Shown here piece by piece: positions 36,682 through 46,840 of a stretch of 64,000 nt of DNA. The position numbers and the translations under genes are program-made. Below the pieces are notes generated by a model. It did no database searches. It worked only from the letters and a program-made list of their open reading frames with translations, and had not been told where the DNA came from. The DNA is from a virus: IMG/VR virus record IMGVR_UViG_2850037723_000002, positions 22,211-86,210 of that record. One strand, given 5' to 3'. Numbering within the stretch: the first letter of the stretch is position 1; every line of letters starts with the position of its first letter.

Positions 36682-37113
36682 TTGAGATTTCAGTGGGCGG
36701 GGCGGCTCTTCACAGCCGCATCGATTGCGTTTGCGTTGGCGAGTTGCACCACGACGCAGGCCGACTTCCAGAAAAACCCAAAGGCCGTGAGCAAGGCTGC
36801 GCTCTGTCGGACGTTTCTTGAAACCTACGATCCTTCATTCAGGCAAGAAATCGCGCTCGAGCTCGGCCGGAGGGGCATAAGCTATTACGAGTGCCCTGCC
36901 ATGGTTCAGAAGCAAAATCAGGCGATTGCCGCGACAGTGGCTATCGCTGCGATTGGCACCGCCGTGGCAGTTTGCGCGAAACACAATTGCGGTGGTGGCT
37001 CATACCCAGCCTACCGGCCGTACCGAGGCAATTGTCAGTACGACTGGCAATATGACGCCGCGGGCAACAGATGCGGAAAGCGAAGCGCTTATTCTCGCCC
37101 GGGCGGGTATTAA
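36682..37113 (+). CDS. Lipoprotein (antisense moron)
   Basis: Lipobox FALASC; Cys-rich C-terminus DAAGNRCGKRSAYSRPGG. Confidence 0.7.
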   Translation: MRFQWAGRLFTAASIAFALASCTTTQADFQKNPKAVSKAALCRTFLETYDPSFRQEIALELGRRGISYYECPAMVQKQNQAIAATVAIAAIGTAVAVCAKHNCGGGSYPAYRPYRGNCQYDWQYDAAGNRCGKRSAYSRPGGY

Positions 37114-37168
37114 CTCGCCTTTGATACCTGTATCTTCATTTTCTCCGCTACTCGTGTATGTTGCGGGC

Positions 37169-37381
37169 ATGAGCGCGCGCCCTACCATCGAGCACGACCC
37201 GAACGAACCGAAGATCGATCGTCGGCCGGAAAGCTTCCGGCTGATCTTTGTTCTTTTAGCCTTCGCCTGGTTCGGGACGATCTATGCCTACGGTGTCGAA
37301 TGGAGATCCGCCATAATGGGCGGCGCGACAGGCATGATGTTCATGCTGTGGGCATCGGTCCGCTTCAAGCACCTATGGTAG
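37169..37381 (+). CDS. Small two-TM membrane protein (moron)
   Basis: MSARPTIEHDPNE followed by two hydrophobic helices. Confidence 0.55.
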   Translation: MSARPTIEHDPNEPKIDRRPESFRLIFVLLAFAWFGTIYAYGVEWRSAIMGGATGMMFMLWASVRFKHLW

Positions 37382-39415
37382 CCTGCCGACGCCAGCATTT
37401 GCGTTCTGCAGCATGCTCGACAGGATTATAGCCCGAAGCTGATCACGGCTAACCTGCTGTCGCTGCACCTTCGTAAGCGCGGCAAGAGCCGCCTCCGGAT
37501 TGGTTTCGACCAGTTGACGGCCGACCCTCTCGACTACTCGCGGAGGAAGTCCTTTCCCGGCATTGAAGGCCTGGCGCGCCCCTGTCAGCGCTGCCTGTTT
37601 CCAGTTGCCGGTCAGCAAGTTTGTCAGCACAGCCGGGTCGAAGTTCGCCATGTCGTCGATATCGCCGAGGTTATCTGCAGTTCGGCTGTTCCCAAGTGCT
37701 GCGTTCGACGTCTCAAACATTCGGTTCTCGCGACCGATGCGATTCCCGAGCTGTTCAGCACGGCCCGGCGCAGCGAATGCTTGGAACTCCTGCTCATATT
37801 TCGGAGTGGTCAAGCCGCGGGCTCGGTTTGTAGCCGGGCCCATCGGCAGGCTCTCGATATCAGCGATGATCGGGTCCACATACCCGACACGGAAAGCCTG
37901 CTGTTGTTCGGGTGTCAGATTTTTGAACCCTTCGATGCTGTCTTCGGCGCGCACCCTGCCAGACTTAGCCGCCTGCCCTGTCTCGATACTGTCGATGACC
38001 TGGCTGCGTCTGGCGAAAGTATCGTTGGCATTTCGATACGCCGGAGATGCGGTTTCGAGCACCCTATCAACCTCCCGCTTCACCTGTGTTAGGTAATGCG
38101 CTCTGTTGCCGGCGCCTTGCCCTTCTGCCTTCGTGATCATGTCGTCGAGATCGAGCTTTGCCCGAAACAGCGTGTTGAAGTCGGTCACCTGCGAATTGCC
38201 ATCCGATATCATTCTGCGAACGCGGGCAAGGGCCCCTTCGATGGTGTCATATCCGATGTTATCGCGAGGGCTGACGACGTTGTTCACGCCCGGGGAAATG
38301 GTTTCATCGATGCGCTCAAGGATTGAAGTTACGTTGACAGGACCGGCTTCCCGGCGAGCGGCGGTGTAGAGCTGGTTAGCTTCCACCTCACGGGCGCCGG
38401 TAAGAGCACGTGTCACTTGGTCGGACGTCTGTGGAGCATCGAAGCCCTCAGCCAAGGCGCTGGCGAGGCGCTGAGGTTGCCCAAGCTGCCGGCGGATGAG
38501 GAAATCCGTCACTTCCTGGCGTGCATCGTTAGGCGTGCGGGTGACCGGCACGAGCGCCCGCTGGCCAGCATTTCCCATTGCATCGGCCATCGTATACATC
38601 GGCTGCCCGTCTTCGGCTGCCGATCGCATGATACTTGTGATCTGCTCAGGGGTTTTTCCCGAACGCTGCAAGTACGTCCGCATAGCCTTGTCGGTGTACG
38701 CCTCGGGGCGGAAGGGTGCGATGAAAGGCGCACTCGCTCCTTTGACGGCCCCCGAGACAGCGGTCGTGACGGGTGGCAAAGCGCCGCCAATCACGGTACC
38801 GAGCCCTATTCCCGTTGCAGCCCCCCCTAGGCGTCCATCAAGCCCCTCACCGCTTCCGAACCCCTGCGCGCCACCTAAAACTGCACCTTCAAGCGCCGAA
38901 GCCTTTGTGACACCAGCCAGACCCTTGCCGGAACTCACGGCGTTGGCCGTGGCAGACAAGCCTTTTTTCGCCAACCCTACGCCGCCGCCGACCGCTCCGA
39001 GAATTTGACCTGTGAGGCGCTCAGCCATTCGCTTCTTGGCATCGAGCTCGTCCGTCGCCCGCTGCGCATTCAGGTTTCGCTCGTACCGCTCGGAGAGTGA
39101 CTTGCCATCCTGGCCCGTACCGAAAACAGGGTTGAACAGTGCGTCACCGCCCGCAGCGATTTCATCAGCGAGTCCGAACGACATCGTGTCCGCCGCACCT
39201 CGCATGAACGTATCAACACGCCCAAGCCAGTTGTCGCGGGAATCCGCCTGGCGCGGCTCTGTCGGCTGCCGAGTTTGCGGCGCCTGCTCAGTCGGGGTCT
39301 GCCGCAGCGCCACCCGCATCCGCGAAATCTCGGCCGCAAGTGCTCGCGCCGCCTCGACGTCGCCAGCCCTGTCGGCATTGATCAGCGCATTGGAAAGCTG
39401 TTCGATCGTGGCCAT
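37373..39415 (-). CDS. Internal virion/DNA ejection protein
   Basis: 680 aa, Ala/Gly-rich helical; GAADTMSFGLADEI and hydrophobic Gly-rich segments; podophage gene order. Confidence 0.7.
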   Translation of the reverse strand: MATIEQLSNALINADRAGDVEAARALAAEISRMRVALRQTPTEQAPQTRQPTEPRQADSRDNWLGRVDTFMRGAADTMSFGLADEIAAGGDALFNPVFGTGQDGKSLSERYERNLNAQRATDELDAKKRMAERLTGQILGAVGGGVGLAKKGLSATANAVSSGKGLAGVTKASALEGAVLGGAQGFGSGEGLDGRLGGAATGIGLGTVIGGALPPVTTAVSGAVKGASAPFIAPFRPEAYTDKAMRTYLQRSGKTPEQITSIMRSAAEDGQPMYTMADAMGNAGQRALVPVTRTPNDARQEVTDFLIRRQLGQPQRLASALAEGFDAPQTSDQVTRALTGAREVEANQLYTAARREAGPVNVTSILERIDETISPGVNNVVSPRDNIGYDTIEGALARVRRMISDGNSQVTDFNTLFRAKLDLDDMITKAEGQGAGNRAHYLTQVKREVDRVLETASPAYRNANDTFARRSQVIDSIETGQAAKSGRVRAEDSIEGFKNLTPEQQQAFRVGYVDPIIADIESLPMGPATNRARGLTTPKYEQEFQAFAAPGRAEQLGNRIGRENRMFETSNAALGNSRTADNLGDIDDMANFDPAVLTNLLTGNWKQAALTGARQAFNAGKGLPPRVVERVGRQLVETNPEAALAALTKVQRQQVSRDQLRAIILSSMLQNANAGVGRLP

Positions 39416-41424
39416 CAGGGAGCCCCGTACTTCTTCAGCAGGTCGTCAATGTTCTGACCGGTCGCGGGCGCGCGATCCGGCTTATAGTAGTTGCCGCCGC
39501 GCAAGTCGGCAGCTCGATCCTTGTTGAACTGCAGCCGTTTTTCGGCCAGCGCACGAGCGCGGGAGAATACCTGCTTGCGGACCTCGCCCGGCATGGTCGA
39601 CGAACCTTGCAGTTCGAGCAGGATGTTTCGCTCGCCTTCAGTCGGATTACCGCCGAAGATGGTTTTGAGCTGAGTGATGGCCTGGCCGATGATGGCGTTG
39701 TCCATATCGGTCGTGGCCCGGGAGCTTTCCGGGCTCGAAATGATATCCGGCACCATCCAGTCCGGCAGGTTGTTACCGACCGACGCTCGCGCGCCGGCAA
39801 ACCAGCCGCTATTCGCCTCGTCGGAGAGGGCTTCCGCCTGCGAAAGAGCATCGAGGGCGCTCTGGTTCGCTGCGACCATCTCGTCCGCCTCGAGGATTGC
39901 CTTCTTGTCGGTTGCGGTCAGAGCCTGCGAATCCTCGCGCGGAAATTTCCCGGTGAGAATGAAGGACTGATAGCGCGGGTCTTCTGGCGTCAATCCGAGG
40001 CTTTCAGCCGCCGCCTTGCGCGCCTCGACTTCATTCCCGACGTTGATCGTCTGGCCTGCGCCGCCAACGGCATCGATCTTGCCGCCGCGGGAACGCTGAT
40101 AGACGCGCTGGTCAGTCTGCGGGATGCCGAGTTGCTGGCGCTCTTCCGGCGTGAGCGTCTGATATTCTGGCGTCCGCAGGTTTTCGAGTTCCTGGCGGGT
40201 CTTTTCCAGCCCGAGCTGATAGGAGGGGTCGCTCCGCTTGGCCTCCTGCTCATAGCGCTGGCGCTCCATCCAAATCTGCTGTTCGCGCTGCGCTTCGGCC
40301 GCCTGCGCCTGCTGCTGATAGAGCGTCTGCAGCACGGCCCGCTGTTCGTCCGACAAGAACGGGTTGCTGAGAGCCTGCAACAGCGTCATCTGATCCGGCC
40401 CTTGCGGCAGCGCCTGCGGCTGCGGAGGCAGGGCCTGTGCGACCTGCTGCGGCTGCGGAGCTTGTGCGGGCTGAGCGTTCATGCCCGGGAACTGCGCCCG
40501 GTATTCCGGCGTCTGCTCGAAGGCTGCAACCTCGTCGGTGAGAGAAGGTGCGGCCGGCGCAGCGGGTGCCTGTGCGGTCGTGTTCGGCTGAGGATCAGCA
40601 GAGGGAACGCCGATCGACGGGTCAAGGCTGGCGACCTGTTGTGGCTGTCCTTGGCCTTGGAAGTTGGGTAGGAATGCGTTGGCATAGCCAAGCCGGTTCG
40701 CGGCCTCGCCACCGGGGCGATCCCATCCGGCGAACTTCCAGGCCCGATTGATGATCCCCTGCGCCTCTTCGACGCTCTTGGCACCGTTCAGTGCCGTGAT
40801 GAGATTCGGATCTTCCTGGAGGAGGAATTCTGCCTGTGTCTGCGGCGAGCCGTTGCCCTGCTCGCCCTTCGACGCCGCATAGGCCTGAAGGTTTGCCAAC
40901 CGCGGACCGCGCCAGGACATGATGCCGCCGGCTGTACCCGCCTGCCCGGTCTCGCTCGGGTCGCTCCATGTCCGGTTCGCATTCGTCGGAGAAAACCGGC
41001 TTTCCGCCTGCCCCGTCGCAGCGATTGCCGCCAGCCCGAACGGGTTGGTGATGCTGTTATCCACTGTGTCCATGAACCCGGAATAGACGTCGTTGCCGGC
41101 CATGTTGACCGGGGGAGCGGACGCGGGTGCCGTGGCGGATGCACTGCCAGCAGCACCTGGGGCGCTGACGTTCGGTGCCTGACCGATGATCCGGTTGAAC
41201 AAGTCGGTAGCTTTGCCCCTGCCTTCGGTCTCCGCCTTGTCCGCTCTGCGGTTCATGACGCCTGCAGCGATCCCGGCGCCGAGAGCCGTCAAGCCCTCGC
41301 CAACGGTCTTCGGCGCCTGATGCGCGCCCATGATGGCCATCGCCAGCTCACGCTTGCGCTTGAGACTTTCCGGCGTCTCGCCCGTATTACCCCCGAACAG
41401 GAAGGAAAATGCCGGAGTTGCCAT
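39415..41424 (-). CDS. Internal virion/ejection protein with lysozyme-like domain
   Basis: GQAESRF...GGIMSWRGPRLANL...QAEFL resembles phage tail lysozyme domains. Confidence 0.7.
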   Translation of the reverse strand: MATPAFSFLFGGNTGETPESLKRKRELAMAIMGAHQAPKTVGEGLTALGAGIAAGVMNRRADKAETEGRGKATDLFNRIIGQAPNVSAPGAAGSASATAPASAPPVNMAGNDVYSGFMDTVDNSITNPFGLAAIAATGQAESRFSPTNANRTWSDPSETGQAGTAGGIMSWRGPRLANLQAYAASKGEQGNGSPQTQAEFLLQEDPNLITALNGAKSVEEAQGIINRAWKFAGWDRPGGEAANRLGYANAFLPNFQGQGQPQQVASLDPSIGVPSADPQPNTTAQAPAAPAAPSLTDEVAAFEQTPEYRAQFPGMNAQPAQAPQPQQVAQALPPQPQALPQGPDQMTLLQALSNPFLSDEQRAVLQTLYQQQAQAAEAQREQQIWMERQRYEQEAKRSDPSYQLGLEKTRQELENLRTPEYQTLTPEERQQLGIPQTDQRVYQRSRGGKIDAVGGAGQTINVGNEVEARKAAAESLGLTPEDPRYQSFILTGKFPREDSQALTATDKKAILEADEMVAANQSALDALSQAEALSDEANSGWFAGARASVGNNLPDWMVPDIISSPESSRATTDMDNAIIGQAITQLKTIFGGNPTEGERNILLELQGSSTMPGEVRKQVFSRARALAEKRLQFNKDRAADLRGGNYYKPDRAPATGQNIDDLLKKYGAP

Positions 41425-41678
41425 CAGTAGAGACCTCCATTGCGGCCGCCGGTGAAAAAATTAGCCAGGCCGGTCATCAAGGACGGCTGCGCGCCGCCCG
41501 GTGCAGTCGGAAACGCTGCATTGCGCTTGGCGAAGCCCGCGGCGAGGCCGGCCCCGAGCATTCCCATGCCGCCGCCGACGGTCTGTGGTAACGGCTGGCC
41601 CATGATCTCCGCTTGAAGACGTTTCGCCAGCTCCTCACGCGTGGGCATTGAGCCCCGGAAGCCGCTATACCCGTTCAT
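41424..41678 (-). CDS. Small virion-associated hypothetical protein
   Basis: Coupled ORF in the ejection gene cluster. Confidence 0.55.
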   Translation of the reverse strand: MNGYSGFRGSMPTREELAKRLQAEIMGQPLPQTVGGGMGMLGAGLAAGFAKRNAAFPTAPGGAQPSLMTGLANFFTGGRNGGLY

Positions 41679-43021
41679 TTACGCTTCCCGGCATCGAAGA
41701 GCAGCCCGTAGTTGACGCGGCGGAGACCGTCAGAGCCTTTGGAGACGGCCTCGGGTCGGACCTTTTCGACCTCCTGCGCCATCACGCCGATGCGCTTGGG
41801 CGCGTTCTTGCGTTCGCCCTTGTAGCGGTACTCGTACAGGCCGCCGACGCGCTTGATATCCTTCTTTTCCCGCTTGTCCGAGAGACTGGCGAGCTGACCG
41901 CCGAAACCGAGTAGGCCGCCGACCAAGCTGTTGCTGTTTGCTTGTTTCTGCTGCCACGCCCCCAGCCTGTTCTGGTAGTCCTGATTGACGAGTCCGGCAT
42001 AATCGACGGTCGGGATCTGCTGGCCCTGCGTCGGCACGAAATTCGGGTTCGAGACCTGGGCGCCAGAAAGCAGCGCCGAAATCTCATTGATCGGCTGGTT
42101 GCGCTGTGCGTACAGCTCGTTCAGATACTGCGAACGTGCTTGGTTCTGCGCATTCAACATCGATTGCTGTGCATTGAAGCTCTGATCCCGAAGCGCATTA
42201 TTGGCCGCCGTGGTCGACTGGTTGTTCTGGAACATCTGCTGGTTGGCGTCATTGCTGAATCCCGCAGATGCCAGCGCCTGCTGGTAAGCCTGAGCCTGAG
42301 CAGAGTTCTGGAAGGTCGCCTGATCGCGTGCCAGGCCGGCAAGACGGCTCTGCTCCTGACCGGCGTTGAGGACCGCAGAAATCCTGGCGTCGTTGGATGC
42401 CCGGCTCGCCTCGTCGATCGCGCGGTTATAGGCTTCGGAGCCAGGTTGAAGGCCCTGGTTGACGAGCCGCGTTTCCAGCGCCGCCCGGTCGCGCTCGAGC
42501 TGAGGATTGAGCCGATCCATCAGCGCCTGTTCATAGCGAGAGGTGTCGAAGTCGACATTATAGGAACGTGTGATGTCGCCGGCGCCGGTGACGTTGGTCT
42601 GAAGGTTCGGGCCTCCGGTGAAGTTCTGATACTGCGGCAAGCCAAGTTTCGACGGATCGCCGGCAGCCGGGGCGCCCGAGGTATCCACCGGCTTGCCGAG
42701 CAGATCATTCAGGCGGGCAGACTGGTTGTTTGCCAACGTGGCAATGTTCTTCTCGGCCGCATCCGTCTGCGCCTTGATGGCCTGCTGTTCCGGGGAGAGC
42801 GTCTGCGTCGCCGTATAAGTCGGCAGGTCGTACACCTTGCCATTGAGCGGGTCGGTCCACTTCGTGGTGCCCGTCTGCGAATAGGTCAGGCTACCGTCCG
42901 GGGTAACCTGATTGACGTTGCCCAACGTCTGGTTCGCAATCGCCGTGCCGATATTGGTCGCGGTCTGCGCAGACGCGGTCTTGTTCGGGTCCGGAGGAGC
43001 GGGAGCCTTTGACTTGCCCAT
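41675..43021 (-). CDS. Gln/Asn-rich virion protein with C-terminal S74 autocleaving chaperone domain
   Basis: SDKREKKDI...YEYRYK...IGVMAQEVEKVRPEAV...VNYG. Confidence 0.78.
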   Translation of the reverse strand: MGKSKAPAPPDPNKTASAQTATNIGTAIANQTLGNVNQVTPDGSLTYSQTGTTKWTDPLNGKVYDLPTYTATQTLSPEQQAIKAQTDAAEKNIATLANNQSARLNDLLGKPVDTSGAPAAGDPSKLGLPQYQNFTGGPNLQTNVTGAGDITRSYNVDFDTSRYEQALMDRLNPQLERDRAALETRLVNQGLQPGSEAYNRAIDEASRASNDARISAVLNAGQEQSRLAGLARDQATFQNSAQAQAYQQALASAGFSNDANQQMFQNNQSTTAANNALRDQSFNAQQSMLNAQNQARSQYLNELYAQRNQPINEISALLSGAQVSNPNFVPTQGQQIPTVDYAGLVNQDYQNRLGAWQQKQANSNSLVGGLLGFGGQLASLSDKREKKDIKRVGGLYEYRYKGERKNAPKRIGVMAQEVEKVRPEAVSKGSDGLRRVNYGLLFDAGKRK

Positions 43022-43026
43022 GTCGT

Positions 43027-43473
43027 CTACCTTCTGTTGACGGCGTGGTTGCGCCATTCGTCATCTGTGAACGTGAACAGGATCTCCGCCTCGTCTCGAC
43101 CGCGGAGCCTCGGGATTCGATTGGCCGTGAAGCCGAACCGCTGGGCTATCTCGGCCATGACCGTGTTGCGCTCGGAGACCCTCAGAACGACCATCTGGCA
43201 GCCGATCTGATCGAACGGGTAGCCGAACATGGCCCTGAGCATCGGCCGCGTCAGCCAGCGCTTGCTGGTCGAAGCGGATGACAATTCGATCACACCAGCC
43301 TCGGGCGCGTAGTTGTGGAAAACGACCCCGGCAACGAGGCGTTCGTGCTCGACCATTCCAAGCGTCGTGAAATGCTCCCATCCCCGCTCGCAGCCGTTGA
43401 TGTGGCTGGCGACAAAGGCGGCGATGGCCTGATTGACGTCCGGGTTCGAAGCGCCGCCCCAAATCAGGCTCAA
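43027..43473 (-). CDS. GNAT-fold protein of the virion gene cluster
   Basis: LVAGVVFHNY...WLTRPMLRAMFGYPFDQIGC...N.....RFGF. Confidence 0.7.
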   Translation of the reverse strand: MSLIWGGASNPDVNQAIAAFVASHINGCERGWEHFTTLGMVEHERLVAGVVFHNYAPEAGVIELSSASTSKRWLTRPMLRAMFGYPFDQIGCQMVVLRVSERNTVMAEIAQRFGFTANRIPRLRGRDEAEILFTFTDDEWRNHAVNRR

Positions 43474-45086
43474 GCGCTGGCCTCGCCGACAGATACTTGC
43501 AGCGTGGCGAGGTCTACCTCGACATCGAGCTTGACCGTCCCGCCGGAGGTGATGACGCAGCCGACTGCAAGCATGTCACCGGTGGCGCGCACGTTCTGCC
43601 GGAAATCGTACCGTTGCGTTTCCGAGACGCCGTCCCAGCGTGCCACGTCCCACAGGCCCACATCCCATTCCGACGACGAGGTGTTTCCGGTCGAGACGGT
43701 GTTGAAGGTCGGCGTTGACTTGTCGAAATCTGCCCTAGCAAAGAGCCGCACGCTCGGTTCCGACTTGGCCCGGAAATACATGTGCGCCATCGTGGCCGCA
43801 GCCCGCTGTCCGAACTGCGTGGCTGGCGCGAACTGCGAAAGGTAGGTGGCCGCGAAGGTCAACCCGTCGTCAGTCCCGCTGATGTCGCCTTGCCAGACAT
43901 ACCCGTCGAGCGAACCGAAGAAGAGGCTGCCCTGCAGGGTCTCATAGCAGAGCGCCTGCCAATTGCTGATGGTCGACCAGCGACCGGTGAGCACATTCAA
44001 GACAAAGGTCGTATCGGTGACAACGGTGTTTTCCGGGAAGGCGACGAACACAAGGTTCTGCTCGGGCCACTGTTTCAGCGTCCAGCCGGTCCCGGTGGCG
44101 TTTGCAGCCTTGCGCCAATCGTTCTCGATCGGTCGTGAGACGGAGACAAGGCTCAGTGCCTGCCGGTCGCGCTGAAAGACCTGCGACATCGGCGTAAGGC
44201 CGTCCGTGGTAGCTATGAGGATATCGCCGCCTGCCCTTATCCATGCGTTCTTTCCGAGCGGCCGGCCGATCTGATAGACGCCCTTGAGCGCGAAATCCGC
44301 CGCGCTCGACGGATCGGAGCCGGCGTAGACGGCAATCTCGCCCTCGGTCGAGACGAACACGCACATGTCGTTGAGGCCGTCGCCGCTCTCCAGCGACCAC
44401 GAGAAGCCGGTCAGCAGCGAGCCGCCCTTCTTCATGACGCCGCCCAAGGGGAACAGCGATGCCGCACCGCCTACGGCATTCACGGCGAGATAATAGGCGT
44501 CCAGCGTGCCGTTCTTGAGGAAGAACTCCCGATTCTTGAACAGCCAGCCGTAGTTGAGCTGCGACATCGTCGTGGCGTCGCTGAAGGTGATGGCCGGTGT
44601 CGTCGTCCAGCTCGTTCCGTTATAGAGCTGCCGGTCATTGGCGCCGTTCAGGCAGACCAGCCAGGACGTTCCCGCATTCGTATGCTGAAAGGCGCACCAA
44701 TCGCCGCCACTCATGCCGGACACATCGGCTGCCGTCGTGGTCGGAGGCGCGGCCGACGCGGTCATGTTGTAGATGCCGTTCGTGGTCGCCATGAACAGCT
44801 TTTCATTGCTGCCGTATTTGTACTTGAACGCGCTCTTGATGTCGCCGCCGTCCGCTGCCAGGCCCTTCTTCTGCGATCCACCGCGGATCTTGCAGCCCGT
44901 GAGCGTCGGGAAGAAGTTGCGCAGCACCACGGCGGAGCCCGGCTGCTGAGACGCCATGTCGACGGTGGATACGAGCCCTCCCTTTGGAGCGGGGAACGTC
45001 ACCGGTTGGGATGTCTGCTGCCGGCCAACCGATACCGCCCCGCGGTTGGATTGCGCTATACGGCCTGATCTTGGCTGAATTCTCAT
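43470..45086 (-). CDS. Tail nozzle / packaged-DNA stabilisation protein
   Basis: 538 aa, beta-rich; follows the adaptor genes as in P22/T7-like podophages. Confidence 0.7.
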   Translation of the reverse strand: MRIQPRSGRIAQSNRGAVSVGRQQTSQPVTFPAPKGGLVSTVDMASQQPGSAVVLRNFFPTLTGCKIRGGSQKKGLAADGGDIKSAFKYKYGSNEKLFMATTNGIYNMTASAAPPTTTAADVSGMSGGDWCAFQHTNAGTSWLVCLNGANDRQLYNGTSWTTTPAITFSDATTMSQLNYGWLFKNREFFLKNGTLDAYYLAVNAVGGAASLFPLGGVMKKGGSLLTGFSWSLESGDGLNDMCVFVSTEGEIAVYAGSDPSSAADFALKGVYQIGRPLGKNAWIRAGGDILIATTDGLTPMSQVFQRDRQALSLVSVSRPIENDWRKAANATGTGWTLKQWPEQNLVFVAFPENTVVTDTTFVLNVLTGRWSTISNWQALCYETLQGSLFFGSLDGYVWQGDISGTDDGLTFAATYLSQFAPATQFGQRAAATMAHMYFRAKSEPSVRLFARADFDKSTPTFNTVSTGNTSSSEWDVGLWDVARWDGVSETQRYDFRQNVRATGDMLAVGCVITSGGTVKLDVEVDLATLQVSVGEASA

Positions 45087-45682
45087 GCGGCGCCCCTATC
45101 GGCGTTGATCTCCTGCACGAGGTCGGCCTCGAACTCGGCAAGATTGTCCTCGTAGGGCAGGCCCTTCTGCCGCTTCCAGCGCCACAGGATGCCCTTCACC
45201 AGGAGACGCTCCGGAAAGAGCGTGGTGTCGTCATCGGCCGAGAACGTCGCCCTTTCGGTAGAGCCGTTCAGAATCCAGTTTTTCGACACATAGTCGATCA
45301 CCGCACTCACGGCGGCCGCGGTCGGAGAAAACAGGAACTGGCCGCCCTTCATGAAGAAATAGGCCGTGGTGGACGGTACGCCGACGATAACCGCCCATTG
45401 GCCGCTGTTCGTGACCGGGCGAATGAACGTGCCATCCGACCTGCGCACTGCTCCACCAGGCGTCAGCCGCTGGAAATCGCCAGGGAAGTTCTCGGGAGAA
45501 GTTGCCGCCGTGTGGGATTTCAACGTTTTCTGCCAGTCGGCGCGTCGTGCAATCTCATCGCCGGCTTCCTGGGCTAGCGCAACCATGGTCTGGGCGTTCG
45601 GATCGTTCGAGCCGTAGACGCTGGAGAACCGATCGAGGGAGACGACGTCGCAAACCTCATTGATGGCGCTGAGCAACGTCAT
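45083..45682 (-). CDS. Head-tail adaptor-like protein
   Basis: MTLLSAINEVCD...FPGDFQRL...DDDTTLFPERLL. Confidence 0.6.
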   Translation of the reverse strand: MTLLSAINEVCDVVSLDRFSSVYGSNDPNAQTMVALAQEAGDEIARRADWQKTLKSHTAATSPENFPGDFQRLTPGGAVRRSDGTFIRPVTNSGQWAVIVGVPSTTAYFFMKGGQFLFSPTAAAVSAVIDYVSKNWILNGSTERATFSADDDTTLFPERLLVKGILWRWKRQKGLPYEDNLAEFEADLVQEINADRGAA

Positions 45683-46278
45683 GGCGTGACACCTCCAACG
45701 ACGACTTGCGCATTGCCCCAACGGGACCGCTCGTCCTGAATACCGAGCCCCGACAGCGCAAGGGCCATGAGCTGCTGCGCAGCCGTCGCAGCTCCAACGT
45801 CCTTGGCCCAAATGGCGATTTCATTGACCAGCGCGTAGAGATAGACGTCCGGGGCCTTCGCCAGCAGCCAGTTGGTCGGCGCAGAGGGGGTCAGGGCCGG
45901 GATCTTGGCGTAATAGGCAATGGTCAGTGTCTGGTCACTGACCGGCCGCGCCTTGAGCGTGGAGCCCACGACGGCATATCCCGTCGGGGTGCCGCTGTTG
46001 CCGGCGTAGCTCGACGTCAACTGCTGCAGCGACACGGCCCGGATCGGGACATTGGCCGACGTCTTCACCTCGCGCGCCTCGAGGAAATCGGCCGGGAGCG
46101 TCGCATCACCATTGGAGAGCGCCAGCGTGGTAGAGGCCTCCATGTCAGCTACGCGAAGACCCCGGTTCAGCTTGAGCTCTGCCAGGCCGAGGAAGCGGGG
46201 AAAGAGGTGCGCGATGTCCTCACGGCTGGAATATTCGCCCGCGTCGACGAGCAAGGACGCATAGTCGGAAATGCTCAT
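45679..46278 (-). CDS. Head-tail adaptor-like protein
   Basis: FLGLAELKLNRGLR...LPADFLE...TNWLLAKAPDVYLYAL. Confidence 0.65.
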   Translation of the reverse strand: MSISDYASLLVDAGEYSSREDIAHLFPRFLGLAELKLNRGLRVADMEASTTLALSNGDATLPADFLEAREVKTSANVPIRAVSLQQLTSSYAGNSGTPTGYAVVGSTLKARPVSDQTLTIAYYAKIPALTPSAPTNWLLAKAPDVYLYALVNEIAIWAKDVGAATAAQQLMALALSGLGIQDERSRWGNAQVVVGGVTP

Positions 46279-46598
46279 AGATGGCCTTCCTTAGTCCGCC
46301 AGGCGCGATTGTCGCTGTTGTTGAGGAACCGCTTCACATAGCGGTCGTTGCCCTCGCTATGGGCCTGCACGAGGCCGGAATCATAGGCGATGTTGAGCGG
46401 GATCGAGGCGACGCGGTGCCAGTCGCCGGCCCATGCGCGGCTTGCCTCATTGCGAACCGCCTGGTTTTCGCTGATGAGATTGTCGACGGGGTAATCGACG
46501 CGGAAAACGTCCTTCTCCCCGTCGAAATAGTGCCAGACGGAGCGGCCGGTCATCATATCGTGGTCGTAGAGCGTCCACTCTCCGTCTCGAATGATCAT
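46275..46598 (-). CDS. Hypothetical phage protein
   Basis: WHRVASIP...RFLNNSDNRAWRT; coupled ORF after the capsid gene. Confidence 0.6.
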   Translation of the reverse strand: MIIRDGEWTLYDHDMMTGRSVWHYFDGEKDVFRVDYPVDNLISENQAVRNEASRAWAGDWHRVASIPLNIAYDSGLVQAHSEGNDRYVKRFLNNSDNRAWRTKEGHL

Positions 46599-46771
46599 TC
46601 ATCGCCTCCGGGCAGCGGGTCGGCCCGCTCGGCCTTACCCTGCTCGATGAGCGTCTTTGCCGCCTGCATTGGGATATCGAGAACGGCGCCGGCCGGCGTG
46701 CGCTCATCTTCCTTGAACCAGACGTCATAGAGCAGCTTGACGGGCGTCGTCTTCTCTTTGGCTTCTGCCAT
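46595..46771 (-). CDS. Small hypothetical phage protein (58 aa)
   Basis: Hand-translated MAEAKEKTTPVKLLYDVWFKEDERTPAGAVLDIP...; AGGAG RBS; ATGA overlap. Confidence 0.6.
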   Translation of the reverse strand: MAEAKEKTTPVKLLYDVWFKEDERTPAGAVLDIPMQAAKTLIEQGKAERADPLPGGDE

Positions 46772-46792
46772 GGTTGTTTCTCCTGGAAAGGG

Positions 46793-46818
46793 GAAGGGCG
46801 AGCCGAAGCCCGCCCTTC
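46793..46818 (-). terminator. Stem-loop after the capsid gene
   Basis: GAAGGGCGGGC-TTCG-GCTCGCCCTTC; weak U-tract. Confidence 0.5.
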
Positions 46819-46840
46819 ATGGGGTTGCCCAGAGTGCCGA

